A stretch of DNA of 64,000 bases from Candidatus Omnitrophota bacterium (lineage in GTDB: Bacteria; Hinthialibacterota; Hinthialibacteria; Hinthialibacterales; JAKPRU01): positions 37,674 through 101,673 of the forward strand of contig JAKQSI010000090.1 in assembly GCA_029570205.1 (NCBI GenBank), written 5' to 3'. Positions 54,712-63,000 of this stretch are shown here, piece after piece (positions within the stretch are counted from its first letter, which is position 1; the number at the start of each line of letters is the position of its first letter). Below the pieces are notes generated by a model, which was given only the letters and a program-made list of their open reading frames with translations, was not told the DNA's origin and did no database searches. A program made the position numbers and the translations under genes.

Positions 54712-56427
54712 ATGAACCGTCGATCGTTTCTTACAAGCGCCGCTGTTGGAGTCCCCTCTGTGATGACTGTTACTGCCTCATCTGCGCAAAATGTTACTGC
54801 TGAAGTCCGCAAGTCTTCTGAAATAGCCGCCGACCTGGTTGTGGTCGGCGGAGGCTTGGGCGGCTGCGCGGCAGCGCTGGCTGGTTTACGGAACAACCTC
54901 CGTGTGGTTCTCACCGAGGAGACCGATTGGCTCGGCGGACAGATGACCCAACAGGCTGTCCCGCCGGATGAACATCCGTGGATCGAATCATTTGGGGCGA
55001 CACGTCTGTATCGGGAATTGCGCACACGAATTCGCGAGTATTACCGACGTAATTATCCGCTCACTCCCGCTGCCCGAAGCGCGCCGTTTCTTAATCCGGG
55101 AAATGGCGGGGTGTCGAAACTGTGCCATGAGCCGCGTGTCTGTCTCGCCGTGCTGGATGAACTCCTCGCCCCCTATCTGAGCGGACAGCGGCTGATATTG
55201 CTCATGCAGCACAAGGCCGTTGCCGCCGAAACAGACCGGGACACGGTATCCTCTGTTACCGTGGAAAGCCACGTGACCGGCAACCGGGCGGCGCTGCGTG
55301 CGCCGTATTTTATCGATGCGACCGAGCTGGGCGATCTGCTTCCGCTCACGAAAACCGAGTATGTCACCGGCTTTGAATCGAAAAAAGAAACCGGCGAACT
55401 TCATGCGCCCGACACTGCTCAGCCGCGGAATATCCAATCCTGCACCTGGTGTTTTGCGATGGACTACCTCGAAGGTGAGAACCATGTGATCGACAAACCC
55501 GAAATGTACGATTTCTGGCGCGATTTCGTTCCGGCGCTTACCCCGCCCTGGCCCGGAAAACAACTCAGCTGGACTTACACGCATCCTGTCACTTTGGAGC
55601 CATATACACGTTATTGTGATCCCGTTCTGGAAAGCGCGGGAACGCAGCGGGGATTGTGGCATTATCGGCGGATTGCGCACCGCGAGAATTTCGCACCCGG
55701 TACCTATCTCAGCGACATCACCCTCGTGAACTGGCCTCTCAACGACTATGTTTGCGGCAATCTGTTCGATGTTCCCGCCAAACAGATCGAGAAAAGTTTC
55801 CGGGAAGCGAAACAACTGAGCCTGTCGCTGTTTTATTGGATGCAGACCGAAGCGCCGCGACAGGATGGGGGAACCGGCTGGCCGGGACTTCGTCTTCGCG
55901 GCGATCTTACCGGAACCGAGGATGGCCTTGCGAAATACCCATACATTCGAGAATCCCGTCGAATCAAGGCCGAGTTTACCGTCCTGGAACAGCACGTCGG
56001 AACCGACATGCGTATGCAGCTGACCGGAAAGAGCAAAGAAGAGGTAACCGCCGAGGCATTCCCCGATTCGGTCGGAGTCGGCAGTTACCGGATCGACCTG
56101 CACCCCAGCGCCGGCGGCGACAATTATATCGACATCAGTTCCCTGCCTTTTCAGATTCCGCTCGGCGCTCTTATTCCGCAACGGGCTGAGAATCTCCTCG
56201 CAGGCTGCAAGAACCTGGGGGTAACCCATATCACAAACGGTTGTTATCGCTTGCACCCGGTGGAATGGAACATCGGTGAATCCGCCGGTGCGCTGGCGGC
56301 CTTCTGCCTGGAAAAAAAGGAAAAGCCTCGCGCTGTAAGAAATACTCCAAAATTGCTGGAGGAGTTCCAGAAAGCCATTCAAAGTCAGGGTATCGAGATT
56401 CAATGGCCAAAGGTGACGCCCAGATGA
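54712..56427 (+). CDS. FAD-dependent oxidoreductase (FAD_oxidored family), Tat-exported
   Basis: The ATG at 54712 follows ggaggg. Tat motif MNRRSFLTSAAVG. Dinucleotide-binding block LVVVGGGLGGCAAALAG. Confidence 0.8.
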   Translation: MNRRSFLTSAAVGVPSVMTVTASSAQNVTAEVRKSSEIAADLVVVGGGLGGCAAALAGLRNNLRVVLTEETDWLGGQMTQQAVPPDEHPWIESFGATRLYRELRTRIREYYRRNYPLTPAARSAPFLNPGNGGVSKLCHEPRVCLAVLDELLAPYLSGQRLILLMQHKAVAAETDRDTVSSVTVESHVTGNRAALRAPYFIDATELGDLLPLTKTEYVTGFESKKETGELHAPDTAQPRNIQSCTWCFAMDYLEGENHVIDKPEMYDFWRDFVPALTPPWPGKQLSWTYTHPVTLEPYTRYCDPVLESAGTQRGLWHYRRIAHRENFAPGTYLSDITLVNWPLNDYVCGNLFDVPAKQIEKSFREAKQLSLSLFYWMQTEAPRQDGGTGWPGLRLRGDLTGTEDGLAKYPYIRESRRIKAEFTVLEQHVGTDMRMQLTGKSKEEVTAEAFPDSVGVGSYRIDLHPSAGGDNYIDISSLPFQIPLGALIPQRAENLLAGCKNLGVTHITNGCYRLHPVEWNIGESAGALAAFCLEKKEKPRAVRNTPKLLEEFQKAIQSQGIEIQWPKVTPR

Positions 56428-56431
56428 TTGG

Positions 56432-56622
56432 GGATTGCGGATTGTGAACGGTGGGGCAGGCCTCTGCGCCTGCCTGGTCACGCATCCTGTGGGATCTTGT
56501 CCCCTCTCCCTCCGGGAGAGGGTCAGGGTGAGGGGCTTCCGGGTAGCTGATAACTGTTCCATTTGTGCTATCGCCGCGCCCTGTCCTCTCCGTCCATTCT
56601 TCTTCTCTTCAATCCGCAATCC
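56432..56622. repeat. About 190-bp structured intergenic element bounded by perfect 13-bp inverted repeats (GGATTGCGGATTG ... CAATCCGCAATCC); MITE-like
   Basis: Left arm at 56432-56444 and right arm at 56610-56622. The interior holds the hairpins ggcaggcctctgcgcctgcc and cccctctccctccgggagagggtcagggtgagggg (family A). Confidence 0.55.
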
Positions 56623-56722
56623 ACAACCCGCAATTCCATGATCCACTGTTGACAAAGGCCCCCGCGCTCTCGACAATCCTCGAACCGAGTCGCCCCATTC
56701 TGATGAAAAGAGAGCTTGGCCT

Positions 56723-58195
56723 ATGAACTTCGGACCGCTGGACTGGATTATTGTGATTATTTATCTCATCGCCACGGTGGCCGCGGGGCTGTGGATGCGG
56801 CGTTACCTGGGGAATGTCGGGGATTACATTGTTGCGGGGCGGGCGATGGATACCTACCTGGGTGTCGCCTCTCTTGCGGCAACGGAACTCGGCATTGTGA
56901 CGGTGATGTATACCGCCGAACTGGGATACAAGAACGGATTTGCCGGAATGGTTCCGGGGATTCTGTTCTGTCTGGCGGCGTTTTTTCTGGGAATCACCGG
57001 ATTTATTATCGAACCTTTGCGGGAAGCGGGTGTGATGACCATCCCGGAGTTGTTCCAGACCCGATACAGCCTGAAAGTGCGCTGGCTCTCCGGGGTATTT
57101 ATTGCGCTCGGCGGCATTCTCAACATGGGGATCTTCTTGAAACTCGGCGGACAGTTTCTTGTGTATTGCGTGGGGATGCCGGAGAATTATCTTGAAATTG
57201 TTATGATTTCGCTTCTGGCATTAACCCTGGTCTACACGGTCGCGGGAGGCATGTTGTCCGTATTGATTACGGATTATCTGCAATTCATTCTTCTGGGTCT
57301 CGGAATTGTGATCACCTCCGTGTTCGTGCTTCATGCGAACGGCTGGACCGCGTTAGCCGACGCGGTGAGGAAGTACCATGGTGATGCCGGATTCACTCCG
57401 CTTCTGGGCGAGGGGCAAGGCGGTGGATGGCTGTTCTGGCAGGCCTTGACCGCATTCGGCGCGATCAGCACCTGGCAAACCAACATTGCGCGCGTTCTGG
57501 CCGCCAAAGATGCCAAGACGGGAAGGAAGATCTATACCACGGTGGCATTCTATTACGTGGGCCGATTCGGTCTGCCGGGCTTGTGGGCCATCGGCGCCCT
57601 GGCTGTCCTCGGTGACAAGTATTTGCAGCCGGGGATGGATTCGCTCGCGGCAATGCCGATCTACATCGGAACGATTTTACCGACGGGGATTCTGGGGCTG
57701 GTTGTTGCCGGAATGCTGGCCGCGGAAATGTCCACCGATAGCGCCTATCTGCTGACTTGGGCCTCCGTAATCTATAACGACATCACTCGCCCGATGATTA
57801 AACGACCGCTTCGGCCCACCACGGAAATCTGGATCACCCGTTCCCTTGTGATTGCCATCGGCGCGTTCCTGGTCTTCTTCGGGCTGCTGTATCCGCTCAA
57901 AGGAGCCGCTTGGGATTACCTGGCAATTACCGGAAATATCTACCTGGCCAGTATTCTCACGCTGCTGGTATCTGCATTATATTTCCCGAAAGCGAGTACC
58001 GGCGGCGCGTTTACAGCCCTTGTGTGCGGCGCAGCCGGACCGATTACCTTCCTGGCGCTTGGCCTGATCTTCAAAGATTTCACTTTACCCCCGTGGGTTC
58101 CCGGGATCGGCGCGTTTGCGCTGGCTGCATTGGGAATGATCGTCGGTTCTATCCTCTGGCCGAATCGAACCGTCGCGAAAGGAGAGGCCGCCTGA
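56723..58195 (+). CDS. Sodium:solute symporter family (SSF) transporter
   Basis: 490 aa. About 13 TM helices. SSF N-terminal block (DWIIVIIYLIATVAAGLWMRRY...DYIVAGR). Confidence 0.85.
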   Translation: MNFGPLDWIIVIIYLIATVAAGLWMRRYLGNVGDYIVAGRAMDTYLGVASLAATELGIVTVMYTAELGYKNGFAGMVPGILFCLAAFFLGITGFIIEPLREAGVMTIPELFQTRYSLKVRWLSGVFIALGGILNMGIFLKLGGQFLVYCVGMPENYLEIVMISLLALTLVYTVAGGMLSVLITDYLQFILLGLGIVITSVFVLHANGWTALADAVRKYHGDAGFTPLLGEGQGGGWLFWQALTAFGAISTWQTNIARVLAAKDAKTGRKIYTTVAFYYVGRFGLPGLWAIGALAVLGDKYLQPGMDSLAAMPIYIGTILPTGILGLVVAGMLAAEMSTDSAYLLTWASVIYNDITRPMIKRPLRPTTEIWITRSLVIAIGAFLVFFGLLYPLKGAAWDYLAITGNIYLASILTLLVSALYFPKASTGGAFTALVCGAAGPITFLALGLIFKDFTLPPWVPGIGAFALAALGMIVGSILWPNRTVAKGEAA

Positions 58196-58338
58196 TGATA
58201 CTCGAATGGTTCTGGAGAATTATCCTGTATGCTTCCATTGCCTGGTACGCCCTTCTGGTCTTCTATGTCGGTTTCCGGGGACTGCAGGATATCCGTGAAA
58301 TGGTACAGATCCTCCAAGAGCGTAAAGAACAGGAATAG
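58195..58338 (+). CDS. Small single-TM protein (47 aa), translationally coupled to the SSF transporter
   Basis: Its ATG overlaps the transporter stop codon by one base (TGATG). Translation is MILEWFWRIILYASIAWYALLVFYVGFRGLQDIREMVQILQERKEQE. Confidence 0.45.
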   Translation: MILEWFWRIILYASIAWYALLVFYVGFRGLQDIREMVQILQERKEQE

Positions 58339-58500
58339 GCCGCGGCATTGTTCACCCGCGCCCGACTGCTATATTGAAAAAAGCAATCCCGGCGTCTCTG
58401 GAATAACTCATGGTTCTCTATCGGATGCACTCTTGGCCCGCCGAGAGTGCATCATTCGTACTACTTGACCGTGTTTCAAAACCATTCAGAAGGAGCAATT

Positions 58501-60852
58501 ATGCGCACGTTTCGTATTCTCTGCTGTCCGATAATCATGTTTGTTTTTGCAGCGAATTCTCTTTGTGCGGAAGAATCTCCGGAAGTCCTTTTCGAGGCGT
58601 CGAATATCGAGTCGGACCAGGCCCTGATTCTCGAAAATCGCCAGGAGTGTGCCGTCGAAGAACGACAGGGCATTCCTCTCCTCGTCGTGCAATCCCCCAT
58701 GGACCCCTATCGGGACCAGGCGATGGTATTCCGCTTTGCTCAGACAGAGAAGGATATCCCGGAGAGTTTCGTTCTGGAGATCGAATTCTACGATGAAGGG
58801 GCCGGGATCATCTCTCCGCAACTTTCTGCCCGGGCAGCCTCTCGTCACCGGAGCCTCGATGGCGGCCGGCAATGCTCCTATACGCGCCTGAATACGCATA
58901 GAACGCGGAGCGCTTTCTTTGAGTACGCAAGCAGAAGGGGGAACAGGCCGGATGAGAATCCCATTCATCTGTCTATCGCAAGTTTGCAGTTCCTGAAATC
59001 CATCAAGATGCACCGATCCTTTTCAGAGGAAGAATGGACCGCTGCAAGAAACTCCATTCCGACGGATGTCAAACCGATGGTCGTCCTGGAACGCCCGATG
59101 GATATTGTCTGCGGCGCCGGGGTTGCTACTCGAGGTGGGGCAAAGGAGATACTGGCATCTCTTGAATCGGCGCGCGAATTGATCCCGCTGGCGAAAGCGC
59201 TCGGATTCAATGCCATCGAGTCTTATGTCCGCTGGAATATCGTGGAGCCGGACAAAGAAGGCCAATTCGACTGGTCCGCCTACGATGCCGTGATTGACCT
59301 TCTGAAAGAATATGACATGAAGTGGTTTCCGCTTCTCATTGTCGGCTCAGCCTACGCGCTGCCGGACTGGTTTGCGAACAGCAAGGAAAACATCGGTTTT
59401 GTGTGCCTGGAACACGGTATCTCCAATCCCATCCAGAGTATCTGGAGTCCGTATCATCAACGCCACGTGACCCGTTTTCTCAAAGCATTCGGTGAGCATT
59501 ACGAACCGATGAACATCCTTCAGGGCGTCCGGCTCGGTCCCAGCGGGAATTTCGGCGAATCGCAATACCCGGCAGGCGGAAATTGGGGATACCACGGGGA
59601 GAATATGCACATTCATATCGGGTACTGGTGTGGCGATGAATACGCGATCAAACATTTCCGCGATACCATGAAAACAAAATACGAAACCATCGACCGGCTC
59701 AATGAAGCCTGGAATGAAAAGTTCGCCTCCTTTGAGGAAATCGAGCTGTTGCTGCCGGTGTTTTACACCAACCGGCGCCGACGTATCGACATGACCCATT
59801 GGTATACACAGGCCATGACAGACTGGTGTGAATGGTGGGCTATAGAGGCCAGGAAAGCGATGCCGAACACCATGATTTACCAGTCCTCCGGCGGCTGGGG
59901 ATTCCTGGAGGCCGGAACGGATTTCGCCGAACAGACGAAAAGCATGGCGAAAGTTCATGGCGGCATCCGTCTCACCAATGAGACGGACAGTCTCCATCAA
60001 AATATCTACGTAACCCGGCTTGCAGCGACCGCCGCTCGGCATTACGGCGTTCGCCTGGGTTACGAACCGGCCAGTTCCCACACCGCACGCGGAACCGGCG
60101 GAAGGATTTTCAACACCGCCTCCACCAACGGCGACCACTTTTTCACTTATGGAGGCAACATTCTCGGACAGCAGTCCTCCATCGAGAACTGGCTGCGGAA
60201 TTTCCACATCCTCGACACACGGCAACCCCCCATTGTCGATGTGGCGATCTACTATCCCGAAACCATGAATCAGCTGGATGATGGCGCATTTCGCTATCTG
60301 TACGGCTGGGGATTTTATCCGAGGGCACGTGAGGTCCGGGAACATGTGGAGGTCGATTATCTGAACGAAACCCTGATCCGCGATGGATTCCTGGACCGAT
60401 ACAAGGCGCTGGTGTGCGCCTGGGGCGAGTTTATTGAAGCCGATGTGCAGAATCGGATCGACCAATGGGTGCGCGGGGGGGGAACCCTGATTTATCCCAG
60501 CTTCCCAAGAGGCCCTCAGCTGACCGTGGAAGGGGATTCGAGCGTGTTCCACAAGTGGAGTCGCGGTGATTGCGGCAAGGGCGCATTTTACCGATTCCAG
60601 GGTGACATGGAACCGCCCGACCTCTACGGAGAATATGTCGAGAAGATATTGCTGGGAATGGATAACCTCCATCCGTTCACGAAACAGGCCTTGCAAATCA
60701 AGCATCCGCGACGAGTATATTTCAGCATCCAGGAGGACGGGCATGTCCTGGCGATCAACTATGACGATCAACCGGCGCGGGTCGAACTGGACGGTGTGTT
60801 CTCCGAAGAGATTGCGCCGTATAGGATCGCAAGGCTTCCGCTTCGGAAATAG
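58501..60852 (+). CDS. Secreted glycoside-hydrolase-like protein (TIM-barrel, GH42/GH35-like N-terminal region)
   Basis: The ATG at 58501 follows ggagcaatt. Signal peptide MRTFRILCCPIIMFVFAANSLCA. The block GFNAIESYVRWNIVEPDKEGQFDWSAYDAVIDLLKEYDMKWFPLL resembles beta-galactosidase-type (beta/alpha)8 hydrolases. Confidence 0.55.
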   Translation: MRTFRILCCPIIMFVFAANSLCAEESPEVLFEASNIESDQALILENRQECAVEERQGIPLLVVQSPMDPYRDQAMVFRFAQTEKDIPESFVLEIEFYDEGAGIISPQLSARAASRHRSLDGGRQCSYTRLNTHRTRSAFFEYASRRGNRPDENPIHLSIASLQFLKSIKMHRSFSEEEWTAARNSIPTDVKPMVVLERPMDIVCGAGVATRGGAKEILASLESARELIPLAKALGFNAIESYVRWNIVEPDKEGQFDWSAYDAVIDLLKEYDMKWFPLLIVGSAYALPDWFANSKENIGFVCLEHGISNPIQSIWSPYHQRHVTRFLKAFGEHYEPMNILQGVRLGPSGNFGESQYPAGGNWGYHGENMHIHIGYWCGDEYAIKHFRDTMKTKYETIDRLNEAWNEKFASFEEIELLLPVFYTNRRRRIDMTHWYTQAMTDWCEWWAIEARKAMPNTMIYQSSGGWGFLEAGTDFAEQTKSMAKVHGGIRLTNETDSLHQNIYVTRLAATAARHYGVRLGYEPASSHTARGTGGRIFNTASTNGDHFFTYGGNILGQQSSIENWLRNFHILDTRQPPIVDVAIYYPETMNQLDDGAFRYLYGWGFYPRAREVREHVEVDYLNETLIRDGFLDRYKALVCAWGEFIEADVQNRIDQWVRGGGTLIYPSFPRGPQLTVEGDSSVFHKWSRGDCGKGAFYRFQGDMEPPDLYGEYVEKILLGMDNLHPFTKQALQIKHPRRVYFSIQEDGHVLAINYDDQPARVELDGVFSEEIAPYRIARLPLRK

Positions 60853-60917
60853 AATGCCGTTGTTGATCGGCGGAGAGAAAAGGGATATACTCTCTTGGTT
60901 TATTCCTTCGATTTCAT

Positions 60918-60991
60918 CGGGGCGTAGCGCAGTCTGGTAGCGCATCTGGTTTGGGACCAGGGGGTCGTTGGTTCGAATCCAATCGCCCCGA
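60918..60991 (+). tRNA. tRNA-Pro (anticodon TGG)
   Basis: 74 nt, folded by hand: acceptor CGGGGCG/CGCCCCG, D-arm GCGC-AGTCTGGTA-GCGC, anticodon arm TCTGG-TTTGGGA-CCAGG (anticodon TGG), T-arm GTTGG-TTCGAAT-CCAAT, discriminator A. No encoded CCA. A T-tract follows. Confidence 0.9.
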
Positions 60992-61081
60992 TTTTTTATG
61001 CTTATCAGAATGTGTCTGTTGACAAACCGGTACATGCCGAAAAGAATTGTCGAAAGACCGGCAAGGCAGGAGAGACAAGTT

Positions 61082-61960
61082 ATGCACAAAGGGACACGGT
61101 TGCGGATGATCGGCATCTTAGGGTTAGTAGTGACAATGCCCGTTCCGACACCGGCGCAGAATGTATCCGGTTCGGTCGGCGACCCGGAACATCCTGCGGT
61201 GTTCACCGTGCCGCTCGATCTCCCCGCCGGGGCGAAACCACTGGAAATGGTCCTCATCCATGCCGGAACTTTTCTGATGGGGAGTCCTTCGGATGCAAAA
61301 GATCGGGATCCGGATGAAATCCAACACCAAGTCACCATAACTAAGGATTTTTATATCGGCAAATATGAACTCACTCAGGCCCAATGGCAGGCGCTGATGC
61401 ACAGCAACCCGTCCAAATTTGGCCCGAAACCGAACAACCCTGTTGAAATGGTCTCCTGGTATGATTTTGCCCGTTTCTGCAATGAACTGAGCCGGGTACA
61501 GCAACTGACACCCGTTTATGATGAATCCACCTGGACCGCCAACCGCAGCGCGAACGGCTATCGGTTACCGACAGAGGCGGAATGGGAATACGCCTGTCGC
61601 GCGGGAACGACAACCCGTTTCTATTGGGGGGATGATCTCGACGGAACCCAGATCGTCAACTACGCCTGGTGCTGGGACAACAGCCATGACGGTACAAAAG
61701 AAGTCGGACTCAAGGCGCCGAATGCCTGGGGGCTATACGACATAAGCGGGAATGTGTGGGAATGGTGCTACGACTGGGATACCCCGTACCCGTCAAAAGC
61801 TGTCACCGATCCCGTCGGAGAGCAGCCGGGTGATTTCAGAATTCTTCGCGGAGGCGCCTGGATCAACGCGCCCCGCGATTGCCGGTCCGCCAACCGCATC
61901 CGAATGCTTCCGCATTCACAGGTCGGCCACCGCGGAATGCGGCTCGCACGGACACGGTAG
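61082..61960 (+). CDS. Secreted FGE/SUMF1-domain protein (formylglycine-generating-enzyme family)
   Basis: The ATG at 61082 follows gagaga. Signal peptide (LGLVVTMPVPTPAQN). FGE blocks (YRLPTEAEWEYACRAG, GLYDISGNVWEWCYDW, RILRGGAW). The ORF-track start at 60968 overlaps the tRNA and is rejected. Confidence 0.85.
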   Translation: MHKGTRLRMIGILGLVVTMPVPTPAQNVSGSVGDPEHPAVFTVPLDLPAGAKPLEMVLIHAGTFLMGSPSDAKDRDPDEIQHQVTITKDFYIGKYELTQAQWQALMHSNPSKFGPKPNNPVEMVSWYDFARFCNELSRVQQLTPVYDESTWTANRSANGYRLPTEAEWEYACRAGTTTRFYWGDDLDGTQIVNYAWCWDNSHDGTKEVGLKAPNAWGLYDISGNVWEWCYDWDTPYPSKAVTDPVGEQPGDFRILRGGAWINAPRDCRSANRIRMLPHSQVGHRGMRLARTR

Positions 61961-62014
61961 GGCAAGGTACGGTGGAGAGTTGACAACCCCAACAAATCAA
62001 CCTCTTCACAACCC

Positions 62015-62824
62015 CTAATTCTCTGCCAGCTGCCCTCTCAACCATCCCGGGCGGTCTGTCGTAATTCCATCCACACCCAGTTCCTTCAAACGCCGGGCCT
62101 CATCGGGGTCGTTCACGGTCCAGACATACAGGCGTAACCCCGCCTCGTGTACCGCATCCACAAACTCCCGCGTCACACCGGAATGCTGCACATCCAGCCC
62201 GTCCAGGCCTTTCTCCCGCGCTGTCTGAATCAATTCCTTGCCATGCGGAATCAAAACCCCCGTGTCTTTCTCTTTCTCCGTGGCCTTGAGCCAGTAAGCC
62301 GGGAGATTCGGCATCAACTCTTTCGATTTCGCCACGGTGTCCAAATCAAAACCGATGATGACGATCTGTTGCTTCTTGCCGCTCTTTTCGATGGTGGTTT
62401 TGAGATGGGGCAGAATTTCCGGCCCGCATTTGATCTCGATATACAGTTTTCTTCCCTTCGGAATTGTCGAAAGGATTTCCTCCAGGAATGGGATTTTCTC
62501 CCCGGTGAACTTCGGGTCTTTCCACCCACCCGCATCCAGCTGCCGAAGAACATCCGAGGATGTTTCCGCGATTTTGTGAACCTGGCCCGTAATTCGCTCT
62601 GTATTATTATCGTGCATCAGGACAATCCGGTTGTCCTGAGTCAGATGAATATCAATCTCAGCAGAGTCCGCCCCCTGTTTCCATGCAGTCAGGACGGAAA
62701 CAACCCTATTCTCCGGCGCATCGTATGATGCCCCCCGATGTCCGATGATTTCCACGGAATGCCCGTACATGCAGATTCCTCCCAGGGATAGATGGGTGAT
62801 GATCAGAATGAACCATTTTGGCAC
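62015..62824 (-). CDS. Glycerophosphodiester phosphodiesterase (GDPD family)
   Basis: GDPD catalytic block IIGHRGASYDAPENR and EIDIHLTQDNRIVLMHD. Confidence 0.85.
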   Translation of the reverse strand: MPKWFILIITHLSLGGICMYGHSVEIIGHRGASYDAPENRVVSVLTAWKQGADSAEIDIHLTQDNRIVLMHDNNTERITGQVHKIAETSSDVLRQLDAGGWKDPKFTGEKIPFLEEILSTIPKGRKLYIEIKCGPEILPHLKTTIEKSGKKQQIVIIGFDLDTVAKSKELMPNLPAYWLKATEKEKDTGVLIPHGKELIQTAREKGLDGLDVQHSGVTREFVDAVHEAGLRLYVWTVNDPDEARRLKELGVDGITTDRPGWLRGQLAEN

Positions 62825-63000
62825 GGATCCGTACCTCCATTGAGTTTCCCGCCTGCTGTGGCAAGGAGATTTTCCTGTTTAGCATACCGAATTTTCACTC
62901 TCGACAAACGCCTGTCGCTCCCCGATAATGCAGGACAGACTTGAGCCTGTCCGCGGACCGGCTCACCACAACCTGCTTGCGTTGAAAGGAACGTTTCCCC

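Noticed and set aside
54988-56676. 562-aa minus-strand ORF containing PLTLTLSRRERG
   Set aside because: It is antisense to the FAD-dependent oxidoreductase and reads through the repeat-rich spacer. The LTLTLSRRERG string is the translation of hairpin repeat family A.
60968-61081. N-terminal extension of the FGE ORF starting at TTG 60968
   Set aside because: It would overlap the 3' half of tRNA-Pro. The ATG at 61082, with an RBS and followed by a signal peptide, is the credible start.
59347-61338. 663-aa minus-strand ORF
   Set aside because: It runs antisense to the glycoside-hydrolase-like gene and straight through the tRNA-Pro and the FGE gene start. It has no motifs and is a high-GC artefact.
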